A stretch of 64,000 nt of DNA. Origin: Coriobacteriia bacterium (GTDB lineage: Bacteria > Actinomycetota > Coriobacteriia > Anaerosomatales > SLCP01). Numbering within the stretch: the first letter of the stretch is position 1; each line of letters opens with the position of its first letter. The stretch is from NCBI GenBank assembly GCA_019429145.1, contig JAHYJI010000002.1:19336-83335 (forward strand). Direction: 5' to 3'. The position numbers and the translations under genes are program-made. Below the pieces are notes generated by a model, which did no database searches, was not told the DNA's origin, and worked only from the letters and a program-made list of their open reading frames with translations. Positions 21,714-30,153 of the stretch are shown here, in pieces.

Positions 21714-22654
21714 GAAGCGTGCGCAGAGTGGCGGCGATCGATATCGGGACCGTCACCACGCGACTGCTCGTCGCCGATGTCGGCCCCCGGAGCATCGCCG
21801 AGGTCCTTCGCAGCACCGACATCACGCATCTGGGGGAGGGGCTTGCCCTCAGCGGCCGGCTCGCCGATGACGCGATGGGCCGCGTCGATGCCGTGATAGC
21901 AGGCTACGCTGCCCGCATGCGCGAGCTCGGGGTGGAGTCGTTCCGCGCGGTTGCCACGTCGGCTTCGCGCGACGCGACCAACCGTGACGAGTTCGTCCGG
22001 CTGCTGGCGCGTCACGGCGTCGAGCCCGACATCGTCGCGGGTGACACCGAGGCCCGTCTCGCATTCGTCGGGGCGACCCACGCGCTTACAGGCGAGGGTC
22101 TGCTCGTCAACGACATCGGAGGGGGCTCGACCGAGCTCGTGCTCGGGCGCCACTCAGCGGACGAGGGCTCGGCGCCCCGGGTCCACCTGGCCCGCTCGCT
22201 CGATGTCGGGTCACGCCGTGTCACCGACATGTTCCTCGACACCGACCCGCCCGCAGCACGCGAGATCGATGCGGCGGAGGCGTGGATCCGCGGTGAGCTC
22301 GCACCCTTCTTCGAGGCGCTGCCCGAACCAGCCCGGCTCTCCATCGCGCTCGCGGGTACGGCGACCACGCTCTCGGCCATCCATCAGGAGCTCGAGGTCT
22401 ACGATCCCGGCCGGGTACACGGATCGACGCTTGGGGCCGACGTCATCCGCGGTCTCCTCGACCGGCTCGCATCGGTCCCGCTCGAGCGCCGTGCAGCAGA
22501 GGTCGTGGGGCTGGATCCCGGGCGTGCGCCGGTTATCGTCGCCGGGACACTCATACTGTTGACCGTGCTCGACCTGGCCGGTCTCGATTCGACGCTCGTG
22601 AGCGAGCACGACATACTGTACGGGATCGTGCTCGATGTCTACGCCGCCCTGTGA
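21710..22654 (+). CDS. ppx: Ppx/GppA family exopolyphosphatase
   Basis: ASKHA fold motifs AAIDIGTVTTRLLVAD and DIGGGSTELV. GTG at 21710 overlaps the DUF501 stop. The track ORF start at 21575 is an upstream extension. Confidence 0.88.
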   Translation: MRSVRRVAAIDIGTVTTRLLVADVGPRSIAEVLRSTDITHLGEGLALSGRLADDAMGRVDAVIAGYAARMRELGVESFRAVATSASRDATNRDEFVRLLARHGVEPDIVAGDTEARLAFVGATHALTGEGLLVNDIGGGSTELVLGRHSADEGSAPRVHLARSLDVGSRRVTDMFLDTDPPAAREIDAAEAWIRGELAPFFEALPEPARLSIALAGTATTLSAIHQELEVYDPGRVHGSTLGADVIRGLLDRLASVPLERRAAEVVGLDPGRAPVIVAGTLILLTVLDLAGLDSTLVSEHDILYGIVLDVYAAL

Positions 22655-22690
22655 GGGCGCAGTGCGGTGCAGCTCGGGCTTGAGTAGTAT

Positions 22691-22777
22691 GGCGGTGTAT
22701 CCGAATTGGTACAGGAGGGGGCCTTAAAAGCCTCTGGCCGCAAGGCCGTGTGGGTTCGAATCCCACCACCGCTACCA
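22691..22777 (+). tRNA. tRNA-Leu (anticodon UAA), encoded CCA
   Basis: Hand fold: acceptor GGCGGTG/CACCGCT (G1-U72). Anticodon stem GGGGC/GCCTC with loop CTTAAAA. Long variable arm GGCC-GCAA-GGCC. T arm GTGGG-TTCGAAT-CCCAC. 3' ACCA. The D stem has one mismatch. Confidence 0.8.
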
Positions 22778-22850
22778 CGCACTACCGCTGGGCTGCTGAG
22801 CGTGTCGTGACGTTTTGCGCCCGGCTTTGCGCGATGACCGAGGGAGGGGG

Positions 22851-23522
22851 GTGCGGCGGGTGGCCGATGATGCACCGTTGCGGCTCTACCGCGCGCTGGT
22901 GAAGAACGACCCTGCCGCCGCCATCTCGGTGGTCGAGCAGGTGCGAGCCGAGGGCGCCGAACCAGACGCGCTCCTGGACTCGCTGTTCGCCCCGGCGCTC
23001 GCGATCCTCGGGGGTTCGTGGGCCGACGGTTCCATCAACGAGTACGTCTTCACCCAGGCCTCGGCGGTCTCCGATCAGATCCTCTCCTTCGTCACCCCAC
23101 CGCGCATGGCCGGCGATACGGGAATCACCGTGCTCGTCGGTTCCATGCACGGCGACTCCCATGACATCGACAAGAACATCATCGCCGCTGCACTGAGGGA
23201 GGCCGGTCACCGGGTCGTCGACCTGGGCGCCGATGTCCGGCCGGCCACCTTCCTACAGCGTGCCGAGGAGACGGGCGCGCGGATAGCGATCGTCTGTGCG
23301 CAGATGGTCGCCACCGCACGGGCGGTCGTCAGGGTCCGCGAGATGTTCGTTTCGGACGGTCGAACCGACCTGGTGCTCCTCGTCTCGGGTGCCCCGTTTG
23401 CGGCCGATGAGCGGCTCGCCCGGGCCGTGGGAGCCGACGGCATCGTCGGCGGAGCCGAGAGCGCGATCCGTATGGTGTCCCACCTCGCCCGACAACGCCG
23501 TGGCGGGGGGAGCGCCTCATGA
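22851..23522 (+). CDS. stand-alone cobalamin (B12)-binding domain protein
   Basis: Helical cap (LGGSWADGSINEYVFTQAS) plus a Rossmann B12-binding domain with a degenerate DxHxxG (GDSHDIDKN). I see no attached DNA-binding or methyltransferase domain. GTG at 22851 follows gagggaggggg. The track start is TTG at 22815. Confidence 0.7.
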   Translation: MRRVADDAPLRLYRALVKNDPAAAISVVEQVRAEGAEPDALLDSLFAPALAILGGSWADGSINEYVFTQASAVSDQILSFVTPPRMAGDTGITVLVGSMHGDSHDIDKNIIAAALREAGHRVVDLGADVRPATFLQRAEETGARIAIVCAQMVATARAVVRVREMFVSDGRTDLVLLVSGAPFAADERLARAVGADGIVGGAESAIRMVSHLARQRRGGGSAS

Positions 23523-24685
23523 TAGAGCGCTCCGAACAGGTACGCCTTGCCGAGAGTCTGGCGCGTCAGGGGCGCATCGCCCCTGCGGTGACCGCCTGCT
23601 ATCAGGCGTTGCGCGTCAACGAGCGCGACCCGCTCGCACACTGTCTGCTCGGCGGGCTCATGCTCGCGGAGGGGTTCTGCGAGCAGGCTGCGCGATCGGC
23701 TGCGCGTGCCATCGAGCTCGATCAGCGGTGTGCGGCCGCGTACTTCGTCCTCGGCCTGGCCTACGACCGCATGGGAGGGTTGTGGGACCGGTCGGTCCTC
23801 GTATGGCAGCAGCTGGCCGAGGTGGTGCCGGACCTCGCGGCCGCGCATGTCCAGCTCGGGGAGGCGCTCGCGGCGGCGTCCTTCGCCGACGAGGCGATCG
23901 ACGCGTGGGAGCGCGCGCTCCAGATCGATCCACGGGAACCGAGGGCCATGTATCACCTGGCGATGGCCGCGCTCAAGCGCGAGGGCATGGCCACGGCGCT
24001 GCCGGGCTTCCGCAAGGCGGGCGAGCTCGATCCGAGTCAGGACGATTTCTTCTTCGCGCTGGCGGGTTACGACGCCGAGGGGCTCTCGGCCGCTGCGATG
24101 TCTGACATCGGACCCGGCATCAAGAGCCAGCTGCGGGCCGCACACGCGTTCGCGGCGAACGATGAGCTCTTCAAGTCCTCGGAACTGATCCGCTCCATCC
24201 TCGACGGCCACTCGGACGACGTGGCCGCACTCTCGCTCATGGCATACCTCTATCTGAAACAGGAGTCGGTCAACGAGGCCATGGCGTGCTCGCTGCGCGC
24301 GCTCACCATATCGACGAAGACCCCGACGGCGGTCTACGCGCTCGGCGCTGCCTTCGCACGTCGCCCCGCCCTGGCCGCTCACGCCTCCAAGCTTTTCTCC
24401 GCACTGACCACGATGGCACCCGGCCAGGCGATGCCGCACGTGCTGCATGCCGAGTCGCTCCTCGGCCTGCAGCGCTACTCCGCCGCGGGCGCGGCGTACC
24501 GCTCGGCTCTCGCGCTCGACCCCGGCTGCGTGCGGGCCCTGTTCGGGCAGGCTGCCGTCGCTCTCACCGCGGGAGACCACACTGCAGCAGCGTGGGCGAT
24601 CAGGCGTGCCGCCTATCACGACACCCGACGGCGGGGATACTTCTGGGGCCCTTACGACGCGGCTGCCGAGGGGGGAGAGCAGTGA
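23519..24685 (+). CDS. tetratricopeptide repeat (TPR) protein
   Basis: 388 aa of repeated A/L/Y-rich 34-aa units (AxxxYxxALxxxPxxxxA). 4-nt overlap with the B12-binding gene. Confidence 0.75.
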   Translation: MIERSEQVRLAESLARQGRIAPAVTACYQALRVNERDPLAHCLLGGLMLAEGFCEQAARSAARAIELDQRCAAAYFVLGLAYDRMGGLWDRSVLVWQQLAEVVPDLAAAHVQLGEALAAASFADEAIDAWERALQIDPREPRAMYHLAMAALKREGMATALPGFRKAGELDPSQDDFFFALAGYDAEGLSAAAMSDIGPGIKSQLRAAHAFAANDELFKSSELIRSILDGHSDDVAALSLMAYLYLKQESVNEAMACSLRALTISTKTPTAVYALGAAFARRPALAAHASKLFSALTTMAPGQAMPHVLHAESLLGLQRYSAAGAAYRSALALDPGCVRALFGQAAVALTAGDHTAAAWAIRRAAYHDTRRRGYFWGPYDAAAEGGEQ

Positions 24686-26619
24686 GCACCGACACCGACA
24701 ACCGGCACTCCGTGACCGGATCAGACGCTCGGCGCACACCGCGCCGTAACGCGCGGTTCCCACTCGGCGTGAACTACTACCCGCTCGATTCCGAGGCATC
24801 CGGCTGGGAGCAGTGGTACGCCGGTGACGTCGAAGGCGACTTCGCCCGGTTCGAGGCCGCGGGAATGACCCTCGTACGGATCTTCATCTCGTGGAAACTC
24901 TTCGAGCCGCAGGTCGACCGTTACTCCGAGCAGGCGACGGAGAGGCTCCGAGATATCGTCGATGCGGCGGCCGCGCACGGGCTGCGCCTGATCGTGTGCT
25001 TCTTCGCCGACGACCGGCACGCCGAGCTCCTCGACGTCTCGTGGGGCCGCGATCGCGACCCGCGTACCGACGCCTATCTGATCGAGCGGGAGTGCGCGCT
25101 CGTGCGCCATATCGTTGCAGAGCACCGCTCCGATCGCGCCGTGTTCGCCTGGGAACTCGGCAACGAGGCGTTCTGGTGTGGCTTCGCCTCGGGCGATGAA
25201 CTCGAAGCGTGGGCGGCGGCCCTCAGAGAGGCCGTGCGCGAGGTCGACCCCGACCGCCCGGTGATGTGTGCATTCGACCCGGAAACGCTCTTCCATGAGT
25301 CGCGTGTCGACGGACGACGCGCGCTCGGTGAGTGCGAGATAGTCGTCAGCCACCCAACGATGCGTTACCGCACGTACGCTGCCGAGGGACCGGTGACGTC
25401 CCCCGGCTCGACGCACCTCGACTCCTTCCTCCTGCGTGCCGTCGGGACCCGGCGGCCGGTTCTTCTCGATGACGTCGGTGCGGGCACCCTGGAGGCCTCG
25501 CACGGAGAAGAGGCGGCGGCGCTTCGGTGCGCGCTCTACTCCGGCCTGATGAACGGCGCTTCTGGCGCACTGGTCCGCCGCTGGCGGGACATGGCGACCG
25601 AGCGGCGCAAGCCCTACTTCATCGATCCCTACGAGGCGATCGTCGGCCTGAGCGACACCGAGGGCCACCCGAAGCCGGCCATGCGCGTGCTCAGGGAGTT
25701 CGCAGGAGTGCTCGGACACCTCGATCTGCGCACCTACTCGCTCACTCCCGAGCGTGTCGCGGTGCTGATCCCCTCGGAGCGCCGGTCACCCCTGCCCGCG
25801 CTCGCATCGCTCTACAGCCCGCGCTCGTGTCTCGAGGCCTACGTGCGGGTCAAGGAGGCTCACGTACCGGTCACGCTCGCGCACGAGGAGGAGCCGTTCG
25901 ATCCCTTCGCGGTGCTGATCGTGCCGTCGGTGACCGACCTGGCCGGGGGGACGTGGGAGCGCCTCACGTCCTGGGTTAAGGGCGGTGGCTCGCTCGTCTT
26001 CTCCTACGGCGGCGGGGAGTTCGGCAGCGAGGCGCGGGAGCTTTTCGGGGTGGACTTCCTCGGTCACGGTGGTGCGCGAGCGCGGGCCACGTGTCGCGTC
26101 GCGCAGCAGGACCTCCTCGGCCAGCTCGAGCCGTTCGATGTTCCCGCGGACATACCTCACTTCGCGCTGCTCGGAGCGGGGACATCGACCGTCGTCGCTA
26201 CCGACTCGGCAGGCAGTCCGCTGCTGACCCTCAACCGCTTCGGGCAGGGACGCGCGGTGTGCGTGGCGGCACCGTTGGAGCGAGTCCTTGGTCAGTCCGG
26301 GCTTCGGACGCCTCCGGCCGAGGTCCAGTCGTTCCTCCGGACCCTCTACGGTGCCGTGGCCGGTGTCACGGGGTGCGGACCGCTGGTGTCGTGCGATGCG
26401 CCCGAGGTCGAGGTGGCGCTCTTCGCCGGTGAAGATGACGACGTGCTCTTCCTGCTGAACCACGCCGACCGGTCGCTGACCGCCAACGTCGGCTTCGTGG
26501 TGCCGGTCGCCACGGTCACCGACATCAGGGGCGGAAGCCCTGCAGTTGTCGGTGGCAGCTCGTTCGGCGCGCCCCTCGAACCGCACGGCGTCATGGTGTT
26601 ACGCTTATGCTATGCATAA
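24682..26619 (+). CDS. cytoplasmic glycoside hydrolase, clan GH-A (GH5/GH42-like) with amidotransferase-like middle domain
   Basis: LGVNYYP...WEQW...DFARFEAAGMTLVRIFISW, and the acid/base motif AWELGNEAF. The later block AVLIVPSVTDLAGGTWERLTSWVKGGGSLVF resembles the GH42 trimerisation domain. No signal peptide. GTG at 24682 overlaps the TPR stop. Confidence 0.65.
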   Translation: MSTDTDNRHSVTGSDARRTPRRNARFPLGVNYYPLDSEASGWEQWYAGDVEGDFARFEAAGMTLVRIFISWKLFEPQVDRYSEQATERLRDIVDAAAAHGLRLIVCFFADDRHAELLDVSWGRDRDPRTDAYLIERECALVRHIVAEHRSDRAVFAWELGNEAFWCGFASGDELEAWAAALREAVREVDPDRPVMCAFDPETLFHESRVDGRRALGECEIVVSHPTMRYRTYAAEGPVTSPGSTHLDSFLLRAVGTRRPVLLDDVGAGTLEASHGEEAAALRCALYSGLMNGASGALVRRWRDMATERRKPYFIDPYEAIVGLSDTEGHPKPAMRVLREFAGVLGHLDLRTYSLTPERVAVLIPSERRSPLPALASLYSPRSCLEAYVRVKEAHVPVTLAHEEEPFDPFAVLIVPSVTDLAGGTWERLTSWVKGGGSLVFSYGGGEFGSEARELFGVDFLGHGGARARATCRVAQQDLLGQLEPFDVPADIPHFALLGAGTSTVVATDSAGSPLLTLNRFGQGRAVCVAAPLERVLGQSGLRTPPAEVQSFLRTLYGAVAGVTGCGPLVSCDAPEVEVALFAGEDDDVLFLLNHADRSLTANVGFVVPVATVTDIRGGSPAVVGGSSFGAPLEPHGVMVLRLCYA

Positions 26620-26661
26620 GCAGTATGGCATGGCATCTACGAGCGGCTGAGGGGAGCCTAC

Positions 26662-27693
26662 GTGACCGAACAGGTACGTCTGACGCAGCTGTCCAGCAAG
26701 GCCGGTTGAGCGGCGAAGTGGGGTCCGGAGGACCTCGCGGCGGTGCTCTCCACGCTCGCTCCCCAGGAGTCCGACGAGCTCATGGTCGGTTTCGAGACGA
26801 GCGATGACGCTGCGGTCTATCTGCTCGGGGACCGCGCGGTGCTGCTCACTGTGGACTTCTTCACGCCGATGGTCGACGACCCGTACGACTTCGGACGGAT
26901 CACGGCGGCCAACGCGCTCTCGGACGTCTACGCGATGGGCGGCCGGCCGCTCGTCGCGATGAACATGCTCGCCTTCCCGTGCTCGATGGACCCTGGCATC
27001 GTCGCCCGCGTGCTCCAAGGCGGAGCTGCCAAGTGTGCCGAGGCGGGCGTGCTCGTGGTCGGCGGGCACACGATCGACGACAAGGAGCCCAAGTACGGGC
27101 TGTCCGTGATGGGGGAGGCCGAGCCGGACAAGGTGGTGCGCAACATAGGTGCCCGGCCCGGCGATGTCCTGGTGCTCACCAAGCGTATCGGTGTCGGGAT
27201 CATGAACACGGCGCTCAAGGCCGGCCTTGAAACCGAGGAGTCTATCGCCCATGTCATCGAGTCGATGGCGCATCTGAACAAGGCGGCGTGCGAGGCGATG
27301 GTCGAGGTCGGCGTGAGCGCCGCTACCGACGTCACCGGCTTCGGACTCCTCGGCCACCTGCAGGAGATGGCGTCGGGCAGTGCGTGTTCGGCCTACCTCG
27401 ATGTGATGTCGGTCCCTGTGTGGGAGGGTGCTCTGGAGTATGCGCGAGACGGCGTGAAGCCCGGACGGACGCTCGACGTCATCAACGCCGTGGACAAGCA
27501 CGTCGAGTGGTCCGGAGTCGAGCGTGCGTGGAAGGACGTGCTGTGCGACCCGCAGACCAGCGGCGGGCTGCTCATGGCCGTGCCGGCTGAGCGTGCGGAC
27601 GCGTTGCTGGCGGCGCTGGACGCCCGTGGCGAGGCGGCGAGCATCGTGGGCGGCGTGCTGGAGGGTGTGGCGGGGCGCATCGAACTGCGCTGA
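26662..27693 (+). CDS. selD: selenide, water dikinase (selenophosphate synthetase), selenocysteine-containing form; UGA at 26707..26709 read as Sec
   Basis: Track ORF 26743.. is SelD-like (AIR-synthase fold, DDAAVY, TVDFFTP, GGHTIDD). The same frame continues upstream through one TGA: VTEQVRLTQLSSKAG-U-AAKWGPEDL. This places UGA exactly where SelD has the catalytic Cys/Sec (G-C/U-x-x-K). GTG at 26662. Confidence 0.85.
26718..26738 (+). promoter_or_regulatory. candidate bacterial SECIS hairpin for the selD UGA
   Basis: The stem GUGGGGUCC / GGACCUCGC (9 pairs including G-U) encloses a GGA loop. It starts 9 nt after the UGA. Confidence 0.55.
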
Positions 27694-27712
27694 CGAAACC
27701 AGGGAGGACACG

Positions 27713-28051
27713 GTGGCCAAGCGCGTGCTCATCACGACCGACCGTCTCGGGCGCGGGGACGAGGAACTCGGGCGCCTGCTGATGCGCAACTTCTGCTACT
27801 CGCTGGCCCGCGCGGAGGAGCGGCCTGCTGCGGTCATGCTGATGAACGGGGGGGTGCGGCTGGCCTGCACGGGCTCGGAGGTGCTCGACGACCTCGGGCT
27901 GCTCGTCGAGAACGGGGTTGCGGTCAAAGTGTGCGGCACGTGCCTCGACTATCTCGAGCTGACCGATTCGCTTGCCGTCGGCGAGGTCGGCACGATGCCT
28001 GGTGCCGTCGAGGCTCTTCTCGGTGCGGATGGCATCGTCACCATCGCCTGA
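27713..28051 (+). CDS. YedF-like selenium-metabolism protein, DsrE-like C-terminal half only
   Basis: VLITTDRLGRGDEELGRLLMRNF...MLMNGGVRL...ENGVAVKVCGTCLDYLELTD...VGTM matches my memory of the C-terminal domain of YedF (TIGR03527). The TusA-like N-domain is absent. RBS agggagga, GTG at 27713, 19 nt after selD. Confidence 0.7.
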   Translation: MAKRVLITTDRLGRGDEELGRLLMRNFCYSLARAEERPAAVMLMNGGVRLACTGSEVLDDLGLLVENGVAVKVCGTCLDYLELTDSLAVGEVGTMPGAVEALLGADGIVTIA

Positions 28052-28067
28052 GAGCGCTGCGCCGGCA

Positions 28068-28688
28068 TCAGCCGGCGTCGGGATCGGGATGTGCGGTTCC
28101 GAGCGAGGAGCCGTGCGGCATCCCCGAGCAGTCGCGCCGGTAGCGCGGATCGGGCGGCAGATCGCCGAGCGGGTTATCGAGCACGTGGCGCACGAGGGTC
28201 ACCCCGTTGTGCTCGACCTCGGTCTCGCGCCGCATTCCCACCTTGCGCGCGACCGCGAGCGATGCGGCGTTCTCCGGATGCACCATGCTGATCAGGCGCG
28301 CGAAACCGATGACGGCGAAGCAGTGGTTGATTCCGGCCCGCGCCGCTTCCGTGGCCAACCCCCGGCTCCACAGATCGGGGTGGAGCCACCACCCGAACTC
28401 GATCTCCGGCGCGAAGGTGCATCCCGGACCGGCGAACCCCACGACGCCGACCGGCTCACCTGCGGCAGGTTCGCGCAGCTGGAGCGCCCACCGACACCAG
28501 CCTGCACGCGCGGCGGTGACGATCTGGCGCTCGAGGAACGAGCCGATCTGCTCGTCGGTGGCCGCCCGGCCTCCGTTGATGTACCGCGTGACGCGCGGGT
28601 CTCGTGCAAGCACGGCGAACGCATCGATGTCGGTAGGTGCCCACGTGCGCAGTGTGAGCCGTTCTGTCTGCACGACCGTCGTCGCCAT
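28068..28688 (-). CDS. GNAT family N-acetyltransferase (RimJ/RimL-like)
   Basis: TERLTLRTW...DIDAF...WWLHPDLWSRGLATEAARAGINHCF...VHPENAASLAVARKVGM. ATG at 28688 (MATTVVQ). The longer track ORF is an upstream extension. Confidence 0.85.
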   Translation of the reverse strand: MATTVVQTERLTLRTWAPTDIDAFAVLARDPRVTRYINGGRAATDEQIGSFLERQIVTAARAGWCRWALQLREPAAGEPVGVVGFAGPGCTFAPEIEFGWWLHPDLWSRGLATEAARAGINHCFAVIGFARLISMVHPENAASLAVARKVGMRRETEVEHNGVTLVRHVLDNPLGDLPPDPRYRRDCSGMPHGSSLGTAHPDPDAG

Positions 28689-28752
28689 TTCCCGCCTCCG
28701 TCCCGTCCACAGCGTAGCGCACCGCCGCCGACGAACAGGTAGAATCACGCTC

Positions 28753-30153
28753 ATGGATACCCAGGATCGCTTGAGGCAGCTTCCCAAGGTCGACGAGCTT
28801 CTGCGCCACGCCGATGTGAAGCGCATGCTCGAGGCGCACCCGCGCACGCTGGTGCTCGAGGCGTTGAGGGAGTCGATCGACGTCTCCCGTGCGCGGCTGC
28901 TCTCCTCTGAAGGGGCTCTCTACGACGAATCAGAGCTGCTTGCCGACGTCCGCACACGTCTTTCTCTCAAGGTGCGGCGCTCGCTGCATCCGCTCATCAA
29001 CGCCACCGGCATCGTCGTGCACACGAACCTCGGCAGGTCGATCCTGTCTGCGCGAGCGACCGCCGCCGTAGCCGACATCGCCTCGTCCTACTCGACGCTG
29101 GAGTACGACGTGTCGAGCGGCGAGCGCGGTAGCCGTCACGTGCACTGCGAGGAACTGCTGTGCCGGCTCACCGGCGCCGAGGCCGCGATGGCGGTCAACA
29201 ACAACGCCGCTGCGGTCATGATGGCGCTCGCCGCCCTCGCGCGCGGCAAGGAGGCGGTGGTCAGCCGCGGTCAGCTCGTCGAGATCGGCGGGTCGTTCCG
29301 CATCCCCGATATCATGCGCGAGTCCGGCGCGACGATGGTCGAGGTCGGCACTACCAACAAGACGCACCTGGCCGACTACGAGAGAGCCATCACCGAGAAC
29401 ACCGGCGTCCTGCTCAAGGTGCACTCGAGTAACTTCCGTGTCGTGGGCTTCACCGAGGAGGTCCCACTCGAGGAGCTCGTCGCGCTCGGCAGGCGGCGCG
29501 GCGTGCCGGTCTTCGAGGACCAGGGTTCCGGTGTGCTCGTCGATCTGCGCCATTGGGGGCTCCCCTACGAGCCGACCGTCGGCGAGTCGATCGAGGCGGG
29601 GGCGGACCTCGTCTCGTGCTCGGGCGACAAGCTGCTCGGCGGCCCGCAGGCGGGCATCCTCGTCGGGAGCGCCGACATCATCCGCACGCTGAAGAAGCAC
29701 CCGATGGCGCGCGCGCTGCGCCTCGACAAGATGACGCTTGCCGCACTCGAGGTCACGCTGCGCACCTACCTCGACCCCGAGGCGGCGCTCGCCGAGATTC
29801 CTACGTTGCGGATGATCACCACGCCCGTCGAGGCTGTCACGGCGCGTGCCGAGTCGCTCGCTGCGGCGGTGCGCGAGGCGTGTGGCGAGCATGCGGTCGT
29901 CGATACCGCGCCTGACATCTCGCGCGCCGGAGGCGGCTCGCTGCCGCTTGCCGACATCCCGACCACTGTCGTGCGCGTGGCCTCGGCCTCGCACAGCGCG
30001 TTCGAACTCGAGCGGCGTCTGCGGCTCGGCGAGCCGGGCATCATCGCGCGCATCAAGGAGGACCGCCTGCTGCTCGACCTCCGGACGGTGCTCGAGTCCG
30101 AGGAGCGCGTCGTCATCGAGCGCGTCGCCGCGGTGCTCGCCGGAGCGGAGTGA
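28753..30153 (+). CDS. selA: L-seryl-tRNA(Sec) selenium transferase
   Basis: MDTQDRLRQLPKVDELL N-terminus, INATGIVVHTNLGRS, NNNAAAVMM and the SGDKLLGGPQAGI PLP-lysine motif. Confidence 0.93.
   Translation: MDTQDRLRQLPKVDELLRHADVKRMLEAHPRTLVLEALRESIDVSRARLLSSEGALYDESELLADVRTRLSLKVRRSLHPLINATGIVVHTNLGRSILSARATAAVADIASSYSTLEYDVSSGERGSRHVHCEELLCRLTGAEAAMAVNNNAAAVMMALAALARGKEAVVSRGQLVEIGGSFRIPDIMRESGATMVEVGTTNKTHLADYERAITENTGVLLKVHSSNFRVVGFTEEVPLEELVALGRRRGVPVFEDQGSGVLVDLRHWGLPYEPTVGESIEAGADLVSCSGDKLLGGPQAGILVGSADIIRTLKKHPMARALRLDKMTLAALEVTLRTYLDPEAALAEIPTLRMITTPVEAVTARAESLAAAVREACGEHAVVDTAPDISRAGGGSLPLADIPTTVVRVASASHSAFELERRLRLGEPGIIARIKEDRLLLDLRTVLESEERVVIERVAAVLAGAE

Noticed and set aside
22655-22850. 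tRNA-Leu as a genomic-island integration site, since housekeeping content switches to accessory content here.
   Set aside because: There is no integrase or recombinase gene nearby. The only repeat is a 6-nt ACCGCT, which is not a credible att duplication of the tRNA 3' end. The switch in content may simply reflect gene order.
24286-24681. N-terminal 132-aa extension of the glycoside hydrolase ORF (track start 24286). The same kind of extension occurs for selA (28207), ppx (21575), eno (16717), moaC (55800), tupA (48663), cbiO (to 45106) and others.
   Set aside because: The extensions overlap the preceding gene in another frame and are Arg/Pro-rich. Downstream starts with an RBS or with stop-start overlap give products matching the expected family N-termini.
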